A DNA stretch of 64,000 nt from a virus. The notes beneath the pieces are model-generated. The model worked only from the letters and a program-made list of their open reading frames with translations, had not been told where the DNA came from and did no database searches. The stretch lies in the IMG/VR virus record IMGVR_UViG_3300017991_000104, positions 3,946-67,945 of that record. One strand, given 5' to 3'. This document shows positions 9,426 to 18,264 of the stretch, piece by piece. Made by a program: the position numbers and the translations under genes. Within the stretch, counting starts at the first letter, position 1. Each line of letters opens with the position of its first letter.

Positions 9426-10539
9426 CCAAGCAAAGTTGAAACTCATCACAGATGAAGTGATGGAGCGATTTGATGACCTAGCGACTATTATGGAGCTAGG
9501 CTTAAACAAAGGTCGCAAGTCGTGGTACGGAGCGTGTCCAATCCATGGTGGTGATAACCCCCATGCCCTAGATATCTACTTTAGGGGTAGAAGTTACGTT
9601 GGTAACTGGCAGTGCCATACCCATCAGTGTGAAGATGTGTTCTTGAACTCAGTCATCGGATTTGTCCGAGGGTGCCTGTCCCGTAATCGCTATGGGTGGC
9701 ATCATAAGGGGGATAAGATGGCGACCTTCAAGGAAACCATGGACTTCCTTATGGATTTTCTGGAAAAGAAAGAGGCTGACTTCACAGTGGATGAGGATGC
9801 TGTGAACAAGCGTAGATTCACATCACATATGGAGAGTATTTATGGCCGACAAAGACCCAAGATACAGACTACAGTTACCAGGAGCGACATTCGACGTAGC
9901 CTGTCCATCCCGGCTGAGTATTATCTTAGTAGGGGTTACTCCGAAAGCATACTTGACAAGTACGATGTTGGACTATGCGAGAACAAGCATAAGCCTATGT
10001 ATGGCAGAGTGGTTGCACCCGTTTACGATGACAACCATAAGTACATGATGGGATGTACGGGACGCAGTATCTTTGAGAGGTGTGCTGAATGTGGTATGTA
10101 TCACAACCCTAAGTACCCCTGTCCAGACAAGAGTGACCAGTGGAAGTTCTCTAAGTGGAGGCATAGTGCTAACTTCCATGGGGCCGACTTTCTTTACAAT
10201 TACTGGTACGCGAAGAAGCATATTCAGCAGAAAAATTCCGTGATTTTGGTGGAAAGTCCTGGGAATGTTTGGCGTTTAGTCGAGGCAGGGTGGTATAATG
10301 TTGTAGGACTCTTCGGTTCTGCACTCTCTGAGGGTCAAAGGAGTATCCTTGACTCATCCGGGGCACTAACCCTGATATTATGCCTCGATAATGATGAAGC
10401 CGGTAAGTCCGGTACTCAGAAAATCATTAAGGAATGCAACCGCATCTACAATGTCCGTGTAGTTGAGCTTCCTGATGGATATGAGGACGTTGGAGAGATG
10501 CCTACCGCCCAAGTTAAGGAGCTACCCTTTGAAAGATAG
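9415..10539 (+). CDS. dnaG: DnaG-type DNA primase
   Basis: CHC2 zinc finger (CPIH...CHTHQC), GRVVAPV/GCTGR catalytic core, TOPRIM LVESPGN and LDNDEAG. Confidence 0.88.
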   Translation: MSNDQAKLKLITDEVMERFDDLATIMELGLNKGRKSWYGACPIHGGDNPHALDIYFRGRSYVGNWQCHTHQCEDVFLNSVIGFVRGCLSRNRYGWHHKGDKMATFKETMDFLMDFLEKKEADFTVDEDAVNKRRFTSHMESIYGRQRPKIQTTVTRSDIRRSLSIPAEYYLSRGYSESILDKYDVGLCENKHKPMYGRVVAPVYDDNHKYMMGCTGRSIFERCAECGMYHNPKYPCPDKSDQWKFSKWRHSANFHGADFLYNYWYAKKHIQQKNSVILVESPGNVWRLVEAGWYNVVGLFGSALSEGQRSILDSSGALTLILCLDNDEAGKSGTQKIIKECNRIYNVRVVELPDGYEDVGEMPTAQVKELPFER

Positions 10540-10885
10540 TGATATCAAGCTGGAATTCACCAAGGGTAAAGGTCCAGGTGGACAAAACAAGAATAAGCTT
10601 GAGACTGCTGTCCGTGCCACCCATATTCCCACCGGTATAACGGTCTTCATTGATGGTCGCAAGCGAGGCCAGAATATCAAGAAGGCAAAGCAGGAGCTAA
10701 AGAGGCGTGTTGATGCGGTGAAAAAGGAAAGACGGGCGGCTGCAAAGAAATCGCGGCGTGACGCGAAAATCAAAGAGCGGAATGTCATTAGGACGTATGA
10801 TTATAGTCGTAATGAAGTGATTGACCATAGAACTGGGAAGCGAGCCCCTCTTAAGCGTGTGCTAAGGAAGGGGAGACTAGACTGA
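10529..10885 (+). CDS. Mini peptide-chain release factor-like protein (GGQ domain only)
   Basis: GKGPGGQNKNKLETAVRATHIPTGI and IRTYDY...VIDHRTG; TTG start after AAGGAG. Confidence 0.85.
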   Translation: MKDSDIKLEFTKGKGPGGQNKNKLETAVRATHIPTGITVFIDGRKRGQNIKKAKQELKRRVDAVKKERRAAAKKSRRDAKIKERNVIRTYDYSRNEVIDHRTGKRAPLKRVLRKGRLD

Positions 10886-10898
10886 CTAGGAGGAAACG

Positions 10899-11138
10899 AT
10901 GAGAATGCCTCATGCCGGTGAAAACCTACGTGGATATGTGTGTGTTTGTAGCGTTGGACGAGTGGCCATTGTCGTTGGTAAGCAGATGTTTGACTTTGGG
11001 GAGGCGTGGGTGGGGCTTGGCCTCGATGGCAAGGGAACGTGGGCAAGTACAAAACCATGCATCCTTGCTGAGAGTGGGATTGAGTTCCACGATAAGCTTT
11101 TAGGTCGCTTTGGTGGGAAGATGAGCTACAATGGTTGA
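10899..11138 (+). CDS. hypothetical protein
   Basis: AGGAGG SD, 79 aa. Confidence 0.65.
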   Translation: MRMPHAGENLRGYVCVCSVGRVAIVVGKQMFDFGEAWVGLGLDGKGTWASTKPCILAESGIEFHDKLLGRFGGKMSYNG

Positions 11139-11280
11139 CCTTAAGGAATTCTATATGTGGGAGGTTGTAGGTGGTGCCATCACTGATGTTGGTATGGTAC
11201 ATGAGATGCCATTAGATGACCTCACCGATGAACAAGTTGATAAACTAGAAGAACTGATAGAGGAAGAGAAAGATGACTAA
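11131..11280 (+). CDS. small acidic hypothetical protein (49 aa, below ORF-track cutoff)
   Basis: MVDLKEFYMWEV...EEEKDD fills the gap with overlaps at both ends. Confidence 0.55.
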   Translation: MVDLKEFYMWEVVGGAITDVGMVHEMPLDDLTDEQVDKLEELIEEEKDD

Positions 11281-12247
11281 GATTATCTGTATCTCGGGCC
11301 GCAAACAGGCTGGAAAGAACGTCTGCTCAAACTTTATGGTTGGCATGACAATGATGCACCTTGGTATCATTCGCGGTTCCGATGGGAATAAGGGCGAAAT
11401 GGCCCTCAAACAGAACGGCGACCTGTGGATATCTGATATCATGGGGGAGGCTGGTACTGAGGGTGTCTTCGACATTACACGAACCGATGATACCTTCCTT
11501 GAGTTCGCCAATGAATACCTGTTTCCCTACATCAAGCCGTACAGCTTCGCGGATGTGCTGAAACAAACGGTGTGTATGGACGTACTGGGCCTTAGTAAGG
11601 AAGCATGCTATGGTACCGACGAACAGAAGAACGCCCCCACCCACTTGAGGTGGGAGGATATGCCTGGGGTAACTACAAATGAGGCCCTTTTCAACCGCAT
11701 AATGAAGACTATCCGTAAGGTCACAGCCTCTGACCCCGAGAAGTTTGAAGACCCTCATTTTAAACTGGTCTACCATGCTCCTGGCCCCATGTCTGGTCGT
11801 GAGGTCATGCAATATGTTGGCTCAGACATCTTCCGTCGCATGTATGGACTGGTATGGGCCAATGCTACCATCAATAAAATCAAGAAAGAAGATACTATCA
11901 TCGCTACTATTACTGACTGCCGATTTCCCAATGAGGTTAAGGCAGTACAGGACAATGGTGGCACGGTAATCCGACTGACCCGTGACCCGTTCCACGATGA
12001 ACATATGAGCGAGACTGCACTGGACCCAGAGAACTATGACTGGGAACAGTTCGACCATATCATTGACAACACTGAGTTGAGTATTGATGACCAGTGTGCG
12101 GCATTGTATCGTATCTGTGTGGAAGAGGGTGTGATGGCACCCCATCCTTCATTTGATGCTAGCATTGAGGGAGATGAAGATGCAGACGTTCGTAGTGAGG
12201 ACGGTTCGCGGGAGAAAGTATCAGAAGCTACTGCCGATACACCCTAA
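11273..12247 (+). CDS. Deoxynucleoside monophosphate kinase
   Basis: ISGRKQAGK P-loop, SFADVLK, REVMQYVG, ITDCRFPNE, HMSETALD: T4 gp1-like dNMP kinase motifs. Confidence 0.85.
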   Translation: MTKIICISGRKQAGKNVCSNFMVGMTMMHLGIIRGSDGNKGEMALKQNGDLWISDIMGEAGTEGVFDITRTDDTFLEFANEYLFPYIKPYSFADVLKQTVCMDVLGLSKEACYGTDEQKNAPTHLRWEDMPGVTTNEALFNRIMKTIRKVTASDPEKFEDPHFKLVYHAPGPMSGREVMQYVGSDIFRRMYGLVWANATINKIKKEDTIIATITDCRFPNEVKAVQDNGGTVIRLTRDPFHDEHMSETALDPENYDWEQFDHIIDNTELSIDDQCAALYRICVEEGVMAPHPSFDASIEGDEDADVRSEDGSREKVSEATADTP

Positions 12248-12380
12248 GAACGTAGAGTGTGGAGATGAGTGGAGGGTTGATGGCAAACTACATGTTGTGT
12301 CGATTATTGTCTATCAGTCCGACTTCCGCACGGGAATAACAAGTAAGTTCATCTATCTGGTGAGAGATGATAATGAGTGA
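12174..12380 (+). CDS. hypothetical protein
   Basis: ATG after GAGGGAG; overlaps the kinase tail. Confidence 0.5.
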   Translation: MKMQTFVVRTVRGRKYQKLLPIHPKNVECGDEWRVDGKLHVVSIIVYQSDFRTGITSKFIYLVRDDNE

Positions 12381-12525
12381 CAGCGTTGATGAAATAAAAA
12401 GGCTCGTGACAAGACTCCGAGACTATGTAGAGTCTATGGGGGTTGGGTTGCTAGTCAATTCTGTCTACCGACAGAGTATCTGTGCCCAACTAGATAGAAT
12501 ACTCACTTTATTGGAGAGTGAATAA
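12373..12525 (+). CDS. small hypothetical protein (50 aa)
   Basis: MSDSVDEIKRL...; TAATG-coupled to the next gene. Confidence 0.5.
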   Translation: MSDSVDEIKRLVTRLRDYVESMGVGLLVNSVYRQSICAQLDRILTLLESE

Positions 12526-13553
12526 TGCTCGTACCGTACTTTCGGTCCTCATCTTATACCCGTTGGGACTTCTGTCCATTCTGTTACTGGGCAGAGTATG
12601 TCCTAGGATGGCAAGGTCCATCTAATCAGGCTGCTGAGAAAGGTACTATCGTACATAAGGTACTTGAGCTTCTAGCAGCAATGAAGAAGTGTGACCAAGA
12701 TGGTGTGCCCTATACTGATGTCGCTGAGGAACATCCGTATGTCACATTGCCATCACAGGGTAAACCAGCAGACATAGATATGCTGACAGAGCAAGTCTAC
12801 GGGTACTTTAGCGAGCATGCTACCCATCTTAAGTGGCGACCGGCTGACTTTCGAGACTGTCGCAACTGGACCCAGATGGCACTAGACTTCAATGGTGGTT
12901 CATTTGACCCACGACAGAGAGATGTCGTAGATGCTGAGCCTCACTTTGATTTCGCAATTGATGATGACTGGGCTAAGCTCCCAGATGGTAGCCAACTGCG
13001 GATGAAGGGTACCATTGACCTAGTCACCCGTATCTCCCCTACGATGTATGAGATTATTGACTGGAAGTCTGGGAGTACACGGAAGAACTGGGCAACTGAT
13101 AAGATAAAAGAGTTACCCGACTTCCAGGTGGACCCTCAAGTGCGTATCTATCATTATGCGGCATCAGAGCTATATCCAGAAATGGAGAGCATGATGGTAA
13201 CCGTCTTCTTCATTCGTGCTGGTGGGCCTTTCACGGTTTGCCTGACGAAGGATGACATCGCGGAAACCAAGCGTATGCTTAAACGTCGCTTTGAGATAAT
13301 CACCGATTGCTCATTCCCCACTCAGCGGAAGTCGTGGAAGTGTAGTCGTTTCTGCTTCCTGGGTAAGACCACCTTTGAGAAGACCGGAATCCAGGCTCTC
13401 GCCATGAATGGGGAGCCCATGACGAAGTGTCAACAACTACACTATTGCCTGTCGCGTAGGTCATTTGATAGTGTGGTGGCTAATATGAGTAGACCGGGGT
13501 TTGATGCCACCGTGTATGTGGACCCAGGACAACCGAAGGAGCAAATAAAATGA
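12525..13553 (+). CDS. Cas4/RecB-like PD-(D/E)xK exonuclease
   Basis: CP near the N-terminus, GTIVHKVLE, KGTIDLV, IIDWKSG, QVRIY, C-terminal Cys cluster. Confidence 0.85.
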   Translation: MLVPYFRSSSYTRWDFCPFCYWAEYVLGWQGPSNQAAEKGTIVHKVLELLAAMKKCDQDGVPYTDVAEEHPYVTLPSQGKPADIDMLTEQVYGYFSEHATHLKWRPADFRDCRNWTQMALDFNGGSFDPRQRDVVDAEPHFDFAIDDDWAKLPDGSQLRMKGTIDLVTRISPTMYEIIDWKSGSTRKNWATDKIKELPDFQVDPQVRIYHYAASELYPEMESMMVTVFFIRAGGPFTVCLTKDDIAETKRMLKRRFEIITDCSFPTQRKSWKCSRFCFLGKTTFEKTGIQALAMNGEPMTKCQQLHYCLSRRSFDSVVANMSRPGFDATVYVDPGQPKEQIK

Positions 13554-13592
13554 ACAGTAAAAAGGGGCGATACGCCCAATAGGGAGGAATAG

Positions 13593-13913
13593 ATGGCACC
13601 TAGTGGAATTAGTGACCGCGATATTGCACAGGCCACCCACTCTGCCGAAACAGCGATGGCAGAGATTGAGCAAAGCCACGATGAACTTGTCAACCGCATC
13701 ATGGAGTTGGAAGATGAGAACGAGATGTTGAGAGGGCAGTTATACCCAGAAGGCTCTGAGAATGCCAGTAGACCTTCCGTTGACCAACAGGCTCATGCGT
13801 GGCAAAAGGTACATCGTCATGCATGTGAGTGTGGCTTGCTAAGATTTGTAGGTAGCTTGCGAGGTGGAAGTTGCCAGCGTTTGATAGAGTGGATTACGGA
13901 GTTAACGAAATGA
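13593..13913 (+). CDS. hypothetical coiled-coil protein
   Basis: GGGAGG SD; ATGA-coupled to dnaE-N. Confidence 0.6.
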   Translation: MAPSGISDRDIAQATHSAETAMAEIEQSHDELVNRIMELEDENEMLRGQLYPEGSENASRPSVDQQAHAWQKVHRHACECGLLRFVGSLRGGSCQRLIEWITELTK

Positions 13914-15763
13914 ACTATACGCCATTGCACTGCCACAGTCACTACTCCCTGCTAGATGGACTCAGTCAGCCTGAGGACATGGTTGGTAGGGCAGAAGAAC
14001 TGGGTATGGATGCGATAGCCATGACGGACCATGGGTCTGTTAGTGGCACGGTTGAGATGCTCAAGCAGTCTAAGGACAAAGTGAAACCTATCCTGGGTAT
14101 TGAAGCCTATGTTTGTGATATGGATGCATCAGTAAAGAACACTGATAATAAGAAGCTCTCCCACCTTGTTCTGCTTGCCAAGAATGATGCTGGTTGGAAG
14201 TCACTCTTGAAGATTGTCTCCGAAAGTAATCAGAAGGCTCACTTCTATCATAAGCCACGACTTCATCTGGAACAGATAGCTCCATTGGTTGATGGAAACA
14301 TCTTCGCGATATCTGGGCATCTTGGCTCAACTATCGCACGTACTGTTATGAATAACCCTTCGTGGGAAAATGAGGGAATAAGACTTGCCGAGTTGCACGA
14401 AGAGATATTTGGCAAAGGCAACTTTTTTCTGGAAGTCCAGTTAATCGACAAGGATACGATTGATGAGATGGTCGAGTGCACCGACAAGGTGCGGAGCATC
14501 GGTAGAAAGACTGGCATTCCTGTGGTGGCGACTCCCGACGCTCACTACTGTAGAAAAGAGGATGCTTATGACCAGCGTATCGTCTTGTGTAAGAATCTCG
14601 GTGGACTGACACTTGCTCAGGCTCGGAAGAAGGTGGATATGCCCTTCTTCAAGAGTAATAACTTCCACATACCGAGCTTCGATGAGATGCAAGCGTGTGG
14701 TCATACGATGGAAGAGTTGGATAACACCAACTTGATAGCATCGCAGTGTAAGGGTTACTCAGATATCCTTCATCCTCCGATGCTTCCTCCATTTGCTTGC
14801 CCTGGTGACCATAACCCAGACACTTGGTTGAGACAACTATGTAGGGACGGTTGGAGACAGAAGATTGCTGACAGAGTGCCGAAGGATAAGCACCAAGAGT
14901 ATGCTGACCGAGTGAAGCATGAACTCTCAGTGCTACAAGGTGCTGGCCTGTCTAGCTACTTCCTAATGGTAAAGGATATCGTTGACTTTGTGACTGATAA
15001 TGGGTGGCTCCCAGGTCCAGGGCGAGGCTCTGCTGCTGGCTGTCTTGTATCCTACCTCCTAGGTATTACAGGCATTGACCCGCTACCCTATGACCTCATT
15101 TTCGAGAGATTCTACAATGCTGGCCGTAACACTGATACTCATATCTCTATGCCGGATATTGATGTTGACGTACCCTCGGGCAAGCGTGATGAAATAATTG
15201 ATTACATCAAGAAGGAGTATGGTGAAGACAAGGTTGGACAGATGATTTCCTTCCAGACTATGAAGGGAAGGGCCGCTATCAAGGATGTGCTTAGAGCATA
15301 TGGTGGCATCTCCAACGACGAAATGGATATGATAACGTCAAGGTTCCCCGAAGAACCTAAAATCGCGGGTGAGCTTCAAGAGATGGAAAAAGAGACAGGT
15401 GAGTCAAGTAGTGTGTTGTACACATTGCTCCATGATGATGAAGGTAGGCTGAAAGACTGGTGTTATATTGAGGATGGTGAGTTCCGTGGACCGCTTGCGA
15501 AGAGATTTGAACAAGCATGCCGTTTGGAAGGCACCAAGACCGCTCAGTCAAAGCATGCTGCTGGTATCGTAGTCGCACCTGTAGCGTTGGAAGAGTTTTG
15601 TCCGATTGTCTATGATACGAAGACGAAAAGTCGCGTAGCTGCTTGGGAAATGAATGACTTGGAGGCTGGTGGTGGACTAAAGCTGGACATTTTGGGCCTC
15701 AGCATGCTTGACAAAGCTATGGGGTCTGCGGATATCCTAGAAGATGGAGATGTGAGATTGTGA
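13910..15763 (+). CDS. dnaE: DNA polymerase III alpha, N-terminal subunit (PHP + palm/thumb)
   Basis: LHCHSHYSLLDG, TDHG, GIEAY, DAHY, GRGSAAG, FERF, PDIDVD, HAAG, LKLDILGL, then stop. Confidence 0.92.
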   Translation: MNYTPLHCHSHYSLLDGLSQPEDMVGRAEELGMDAIAMTDHGSVSGTVEMLKQSKDKVKPILGIEAYVCDMDASVKNTDNKKLSHLVLLAKNDAGWKSLLKIVSESNQKAHFYHKPRLHLEQIAPLVDGNIFAISGHLGSTIARTVMNNPSWENEGIRLAELHEEIFGKGNFFLEVQLIDKDTIDEMVECTDKVRSIGRKTGIPVVATPDAHYCRKEDAYDQRIVLCKNLGGLTLAQARKKVDMPFFKSNNFHIPSFDEMQACGHTMEELDNTNLIASQCKGYSDILHPPMLPPFACPGDHNPDTWLRQLCRDGWRQKIADRVPKDKHQEYADRVKHELSVLQGAGLSSYFLMVKDIVDFVTDNGWLPGPGRGSAAGCLVSYLLGITGIDPLPYDLIFERFYNAGRNTDTHISMPDIDVDVPSGKRDEIIDYIKKEYGEDKVGQMISFQTMKGRAAIKDVLRAYGGISNDEMDMITSRFPEEPKIAGELQEMEKETGESSSVLYTLLHDDEGRLKDWCYIEDGEFRGPLAKRFEQACRLEGTKTAQSKHAAGIVVAPVALEEFCPIVYDTKTKSRVAAWEMNDLEAGGGLKLDILGLSMLDKAMGSADILEDGDVRL

Positions 15764-15984
15764 GAATCCGATTGAAAAAGATACCACTTGGAGAAGTGTT
15801 CGTTTGCAATGGGATGCAGTTCATAAGAATCAAGCCTATCTTTGAGGAGAATTGTTGCTTCCCTAAGTGGAATGTGCGGTGTGTAGAAGATGAAACAGAT
15901 GATGAAGACTACAGCTACATCCCTAACGATGCTACTGTAGACTGGGAACCTAAGAAACTGGAGAATGATGATGAGTCTAGTTAG
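15760..15984 (+). CDS. hypothetical protein, paralogue of the next ORF
   Basis: LKKIPLGEVFVCNG resembles FKEIPVGGLFKLNG of 15965. Confidence 0.6.
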   Translation: MRIRLKKIPLGEVFVCNGMQFIRIKPIFEENCCFPKWNVRCVEDETDDEDYSYIPNDATVDWEPKKLENDDESS

Positions 15985-16423
15985 CTTTAAAGAGATACCC
16001 GTTGGTGGCCTTTTTAAACTGAATGGTGAAGTGTGGAAGAAGACCAATGTTGTATATAAAGATGGAACAGTCCATGTTCCTCAGTCTAATTGTGTGAGTC
16101 AGGACCGGGATGGTAGTCCGACTAACTACTTGGCTAATGGCGTGAAGGTTGAACCTGTTGAGGAGATTGATAATGGCGAAGAAAGTGTTGGATGCGAAGA
16201 ATCCCAGTGGGAAACAGACGGTGGAGCCTCCTTCGTCAACTTCCCCACCATCGAAGAAGAAGAGGTCGAGGAAGAAGAAAGCACCGCCGAAGGAAGTGAT
16301 ATCGACGGGAGCGTGGGTTTACGAGAATCCACCGAAGGGGATGCCGAAGATAACGAAACCGGAACCGATTCCACGTGGGACGAAGATGACGAGGGAGGAA
16401 GTGGCACACCATGTCTCGTATAA
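15965..16423 (+). CDS. hypothetical protein with long acidic tail
   Basis: N-terminus paralogous to 15760; tail overlaps the next gene by 251 nt. Confidence 0.6.
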   Translation: MMMSLVSFKEIPVGGLFKLNGEVWKKTNVVYKDGTVHVPQSNCVSQDRDGSPTNYLANGVKVEPVEEIDNGEESVGCEESQWETDGGASFVNFPTIEEEEVEEEESTAEGSDIDGSVGLRESTEGDAEDNETGTDSTWDEDDEGGSGTPCLV

Positions 16424-16553
16424 TGGGCTTGGTGAGTGTGTTTTTGAGCTAATCCAGCCTAGTCAGATTGAGGATGTCGCACTTCGTAAGCTGTGGCGTG
16501 ATGCGGCAAAGAAGTTAACGGTGATACAGGAGGCACTTTGGGATGAAGGATGA
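16173..16553 (+). CDS. hypothetical protein, Lys/Pro-rich N-terminus
   Basis: GAGGAG SD before MAKKVLDAK. Confidence 0.6.
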   Translation: MAKKVLDAKNPSGKQTVEPPSSTSPPSKKKRSRKKKAPPKEVISTGAWVYENPPKGMPKITKPEPIPRGTKMTREEVAHHVSYNGLGECVFELIQPSQIEDVALRKLWRDAAKKLTVIQEALWDEG

Positions 16554-16583
16554 AAAGCTATTCTGGGTAGCATTCGCCGGGGC

Positions 16584-16856
16584 ATGTCTGGGGTGTATCA
16601 ACTTGATATTGGGCGTTGCCTCATCGCTATCTATGCTCGGAGTTCTGTGTTTTCTTGGTATATGTATGTGGGAAATGTGGTAATGGGTAGCACGACTATC
16701 ATCTATGCTCAGAATGAGATGGATAAGCGGTGCGATGCTGTGTTCTCGGTCTTGGGTCACCTGACTGATGAGCAGCAGATTGAGGTTTTGAGGCAGTGTT
16801 TAGATTACGCAAAGATGTCTAAGATACATTCGGAGGTTTGTGGAGATGAGACTTGA
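16584..16856 (+). CDS. hypothetical protein
   Basis: 90-aa ORF; start uncertain. Confidence 0.4.
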   Translation: MSGVYQLDIGRCLIAIYARSSVFSWYMYVGNVVMGSTTIIYAQNEMDKRCDAVFSVLGHLTDEQQIEVLRQCLDYAKMSKIHSEVCGDET

Positions 16857-17013
16857 CTACGACGATGGCCACTTGGAAGTGATGGACAAGGTTAATAAGG
16901 CTTTGGAAAGGCATGGTTTACAGTTCGTCTTTGATGAAGACCAGCCAGAAGATATTCCATCCATCTTCTATAACATTGAGGCAGTGGAAAGGGCACAACA
17001 TGAAGGTTCGTAG
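16846..17013 (+). CDS. small hypothetical protein (55 aa)
   Basis: MRLDYDDGHLEVMDKVNKALERHGL; GGAGG SD upstream. Confidence 0.55.
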   Translation: MRLDYDDGHLEVMDKVNKALERHGLQFVFDEDQPEDIPSIFYNIEAVERAQHEGS

Positions 17014-17308
17014 TGGATTTGTGAGTAACAGTTCGTCATCCAGCTTCACCATGGTGACTACCAAGGCGTGGCACGAGGCAGTCGTAGCCAGTTTGACCCC
17101 TGAGCAACGAGAGTTCATGGAGAGCGTTATGCCAAGAGAGGCCACGATTGGTTTTGATAAATTCATGGTCATTACCGGAACGCATGGTAACTGTGGTGAT
17201 TGGATTGGGGCTTACGAGATTCGTAGCGATGATGACTACGACATGTGGCAAGCCTACCTAGTCAAGGTTGGCAGGGAAAATTACATCTATACCGATGTGG
17301 GTATGTGA
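17000..17308 (+). CDS. Protein with MKxRxGFVSNSSSSSF N-terminal motif
   Basis: MKVRSGFVSNSSSSSF, a recurrent motif of uncharacterised phage proteins. Confidence 0.75.
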   Translation: MKVRSGFVSNSSSSSFTMVTTKAWHEAVVASLTPEQREFMESVMPREATIGFDKFMVITGTHGNCGDWIGAYEIRSDDDYDMWQAYLVKVGRENYIYTDVGM

Positions 17309-17484
17309 TGAAATATTGGTTACAGATAAGAAAACTTTGTCACATAGAAGCTTACAAGAGAAGGAATAGGTCATGCCAGTGGATGTTTACTATATTCAAC
17401 AATGAGTATAAGATGTTCTCACTAAGACTCACAAGCAAAGCTCCTGCTGGTTATCTTCGCTCATGGGTAAAAGTATATGATTAA
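17308..17484 (+). CDS. small basic/aromatic hypothetical protein
   Basis: TGATG coupling; 58 aa. Confidence 0.5.
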   Translation: MKYWLQIRKLCHIEAYKRRNRSCQWMFTIFNNEYKMFSLRLTSKAPAGYLRSWVKVYD

Positions 17485-18196
17485 CTTCAACAACATTTGC
17501 GTTTTTCAGTTTGATATGGACGGGCGGAACCCATGGGATGACAGTCCCATTAAGCTCAGTGCCATAATGATTGACCCTCGTAAGCTTGAGATTATTGATG
17601 GGTCTGAGTTCTTCTCTATTATTCAGCCATTAGATATCAAGATGACGATGCTGAATGAGGATGAGGAAGAAGAAGACTACTACACTCGCCATAAGGACGT
17701 TATCGACGCCATGGCTAAGGCTGAGGTATCCACCCCAGATAAGATTATCGAAAGGTTGGAGAAGGCTCAGGAGGCTGACTGGGTGTGGCATGAGTGGTCT
17801 GAGTATCTTCTGAGATACAATGTGGACCCTGTCAAGCGTTCTCAGTATGGGGCTCCTATCCCTGCTGGCTACAATCTATTCGACAAGGAATGGATTCTCA
17901 TGCGTAGGCTGGCCCGTCAGTTCAAGGATATGGATAGGAACTACAGTCCGAAGGTCTTCCATCCCACCCACAAGTTTGATGCCTTCTTAATGTGCGTCAA
18001 CTGGCTGGAAAACCTCGCTGAGCCACAGTCCTATGGGTTCGATACAATTCGCCCCTACTTTGGCATGGACCCCAAGAGAAACGAGTTGGATAATATTGCA
18101 CGTTTAGTCATTCGCTTCCTTGGTATGACACGTAAGCATGCTGAGAAGGTGAGATTTAAGAATGCCTTTAAGGAGGTTGATGATGAGTTGGCTTAA
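17477..18196 (+). CDS. DnaQ/DEDDh exonuclease-fold protein, probably catalytically inactive
   Basis: ICVFQFDMDG...IKLSAIMID...EFFSIIQP...IPAGYN follows the DnaQ scaffold but the catalytic motifs are substituted. Confidence 0.65.
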   Translation: MINFNNICVFQFDMDGRNPWDDSPIKLSAIMIDPRKLEIIDGSEFFSIIQPLDIKMTMLNEDEEEEDYYTRHKDVIDAMAKAEVSTPDKIIERLEKAQEADWVWHEWSEYLLRYNVDPVKRSQYGAPIPAGYNLFDKEWILMRRLARQFKDMDRNYSPKVFHPTHKFDAFLMCVNWLENLAEPQSYGFDTIRPYFGMDPKRNELDNIARLVIRFLGMTRKHAEKVRFKNAFKEVDDELA

Positions 18197-18264
18197 AGCT
18201 GGCGTTGTCATCTTACTATCAGTGGCTATCTTCATAGCCGTAATCATTTTGACAGGATAAGTAT

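Noticed and set aside
10529-10885. Stop-codon reassignment suggested by a phage release factor and tRNA
   Set aside because: TAA, TGA and TAG all end genes cleanly (TAG at 5827, 10539, 18501, 34759), long genes are intact in code 11, and the tRNA anticodon is GTA rather than a suppressor.
12525-13553. CRISPR-Cas locus (Cas4-like nuclease plus the 28-bp repeat at 31082)
   Set aside because: No cas1/cas2 or effector genes; the 21- and 28-bp repeats are direct tandem copies with no spacers.
13564-13578. GGGCG-ATA-CGCCC hairpin as a terminator
   Set aside because: Only a 5-bp stem with a 3-nt loop and no U-tract on the coding strand.
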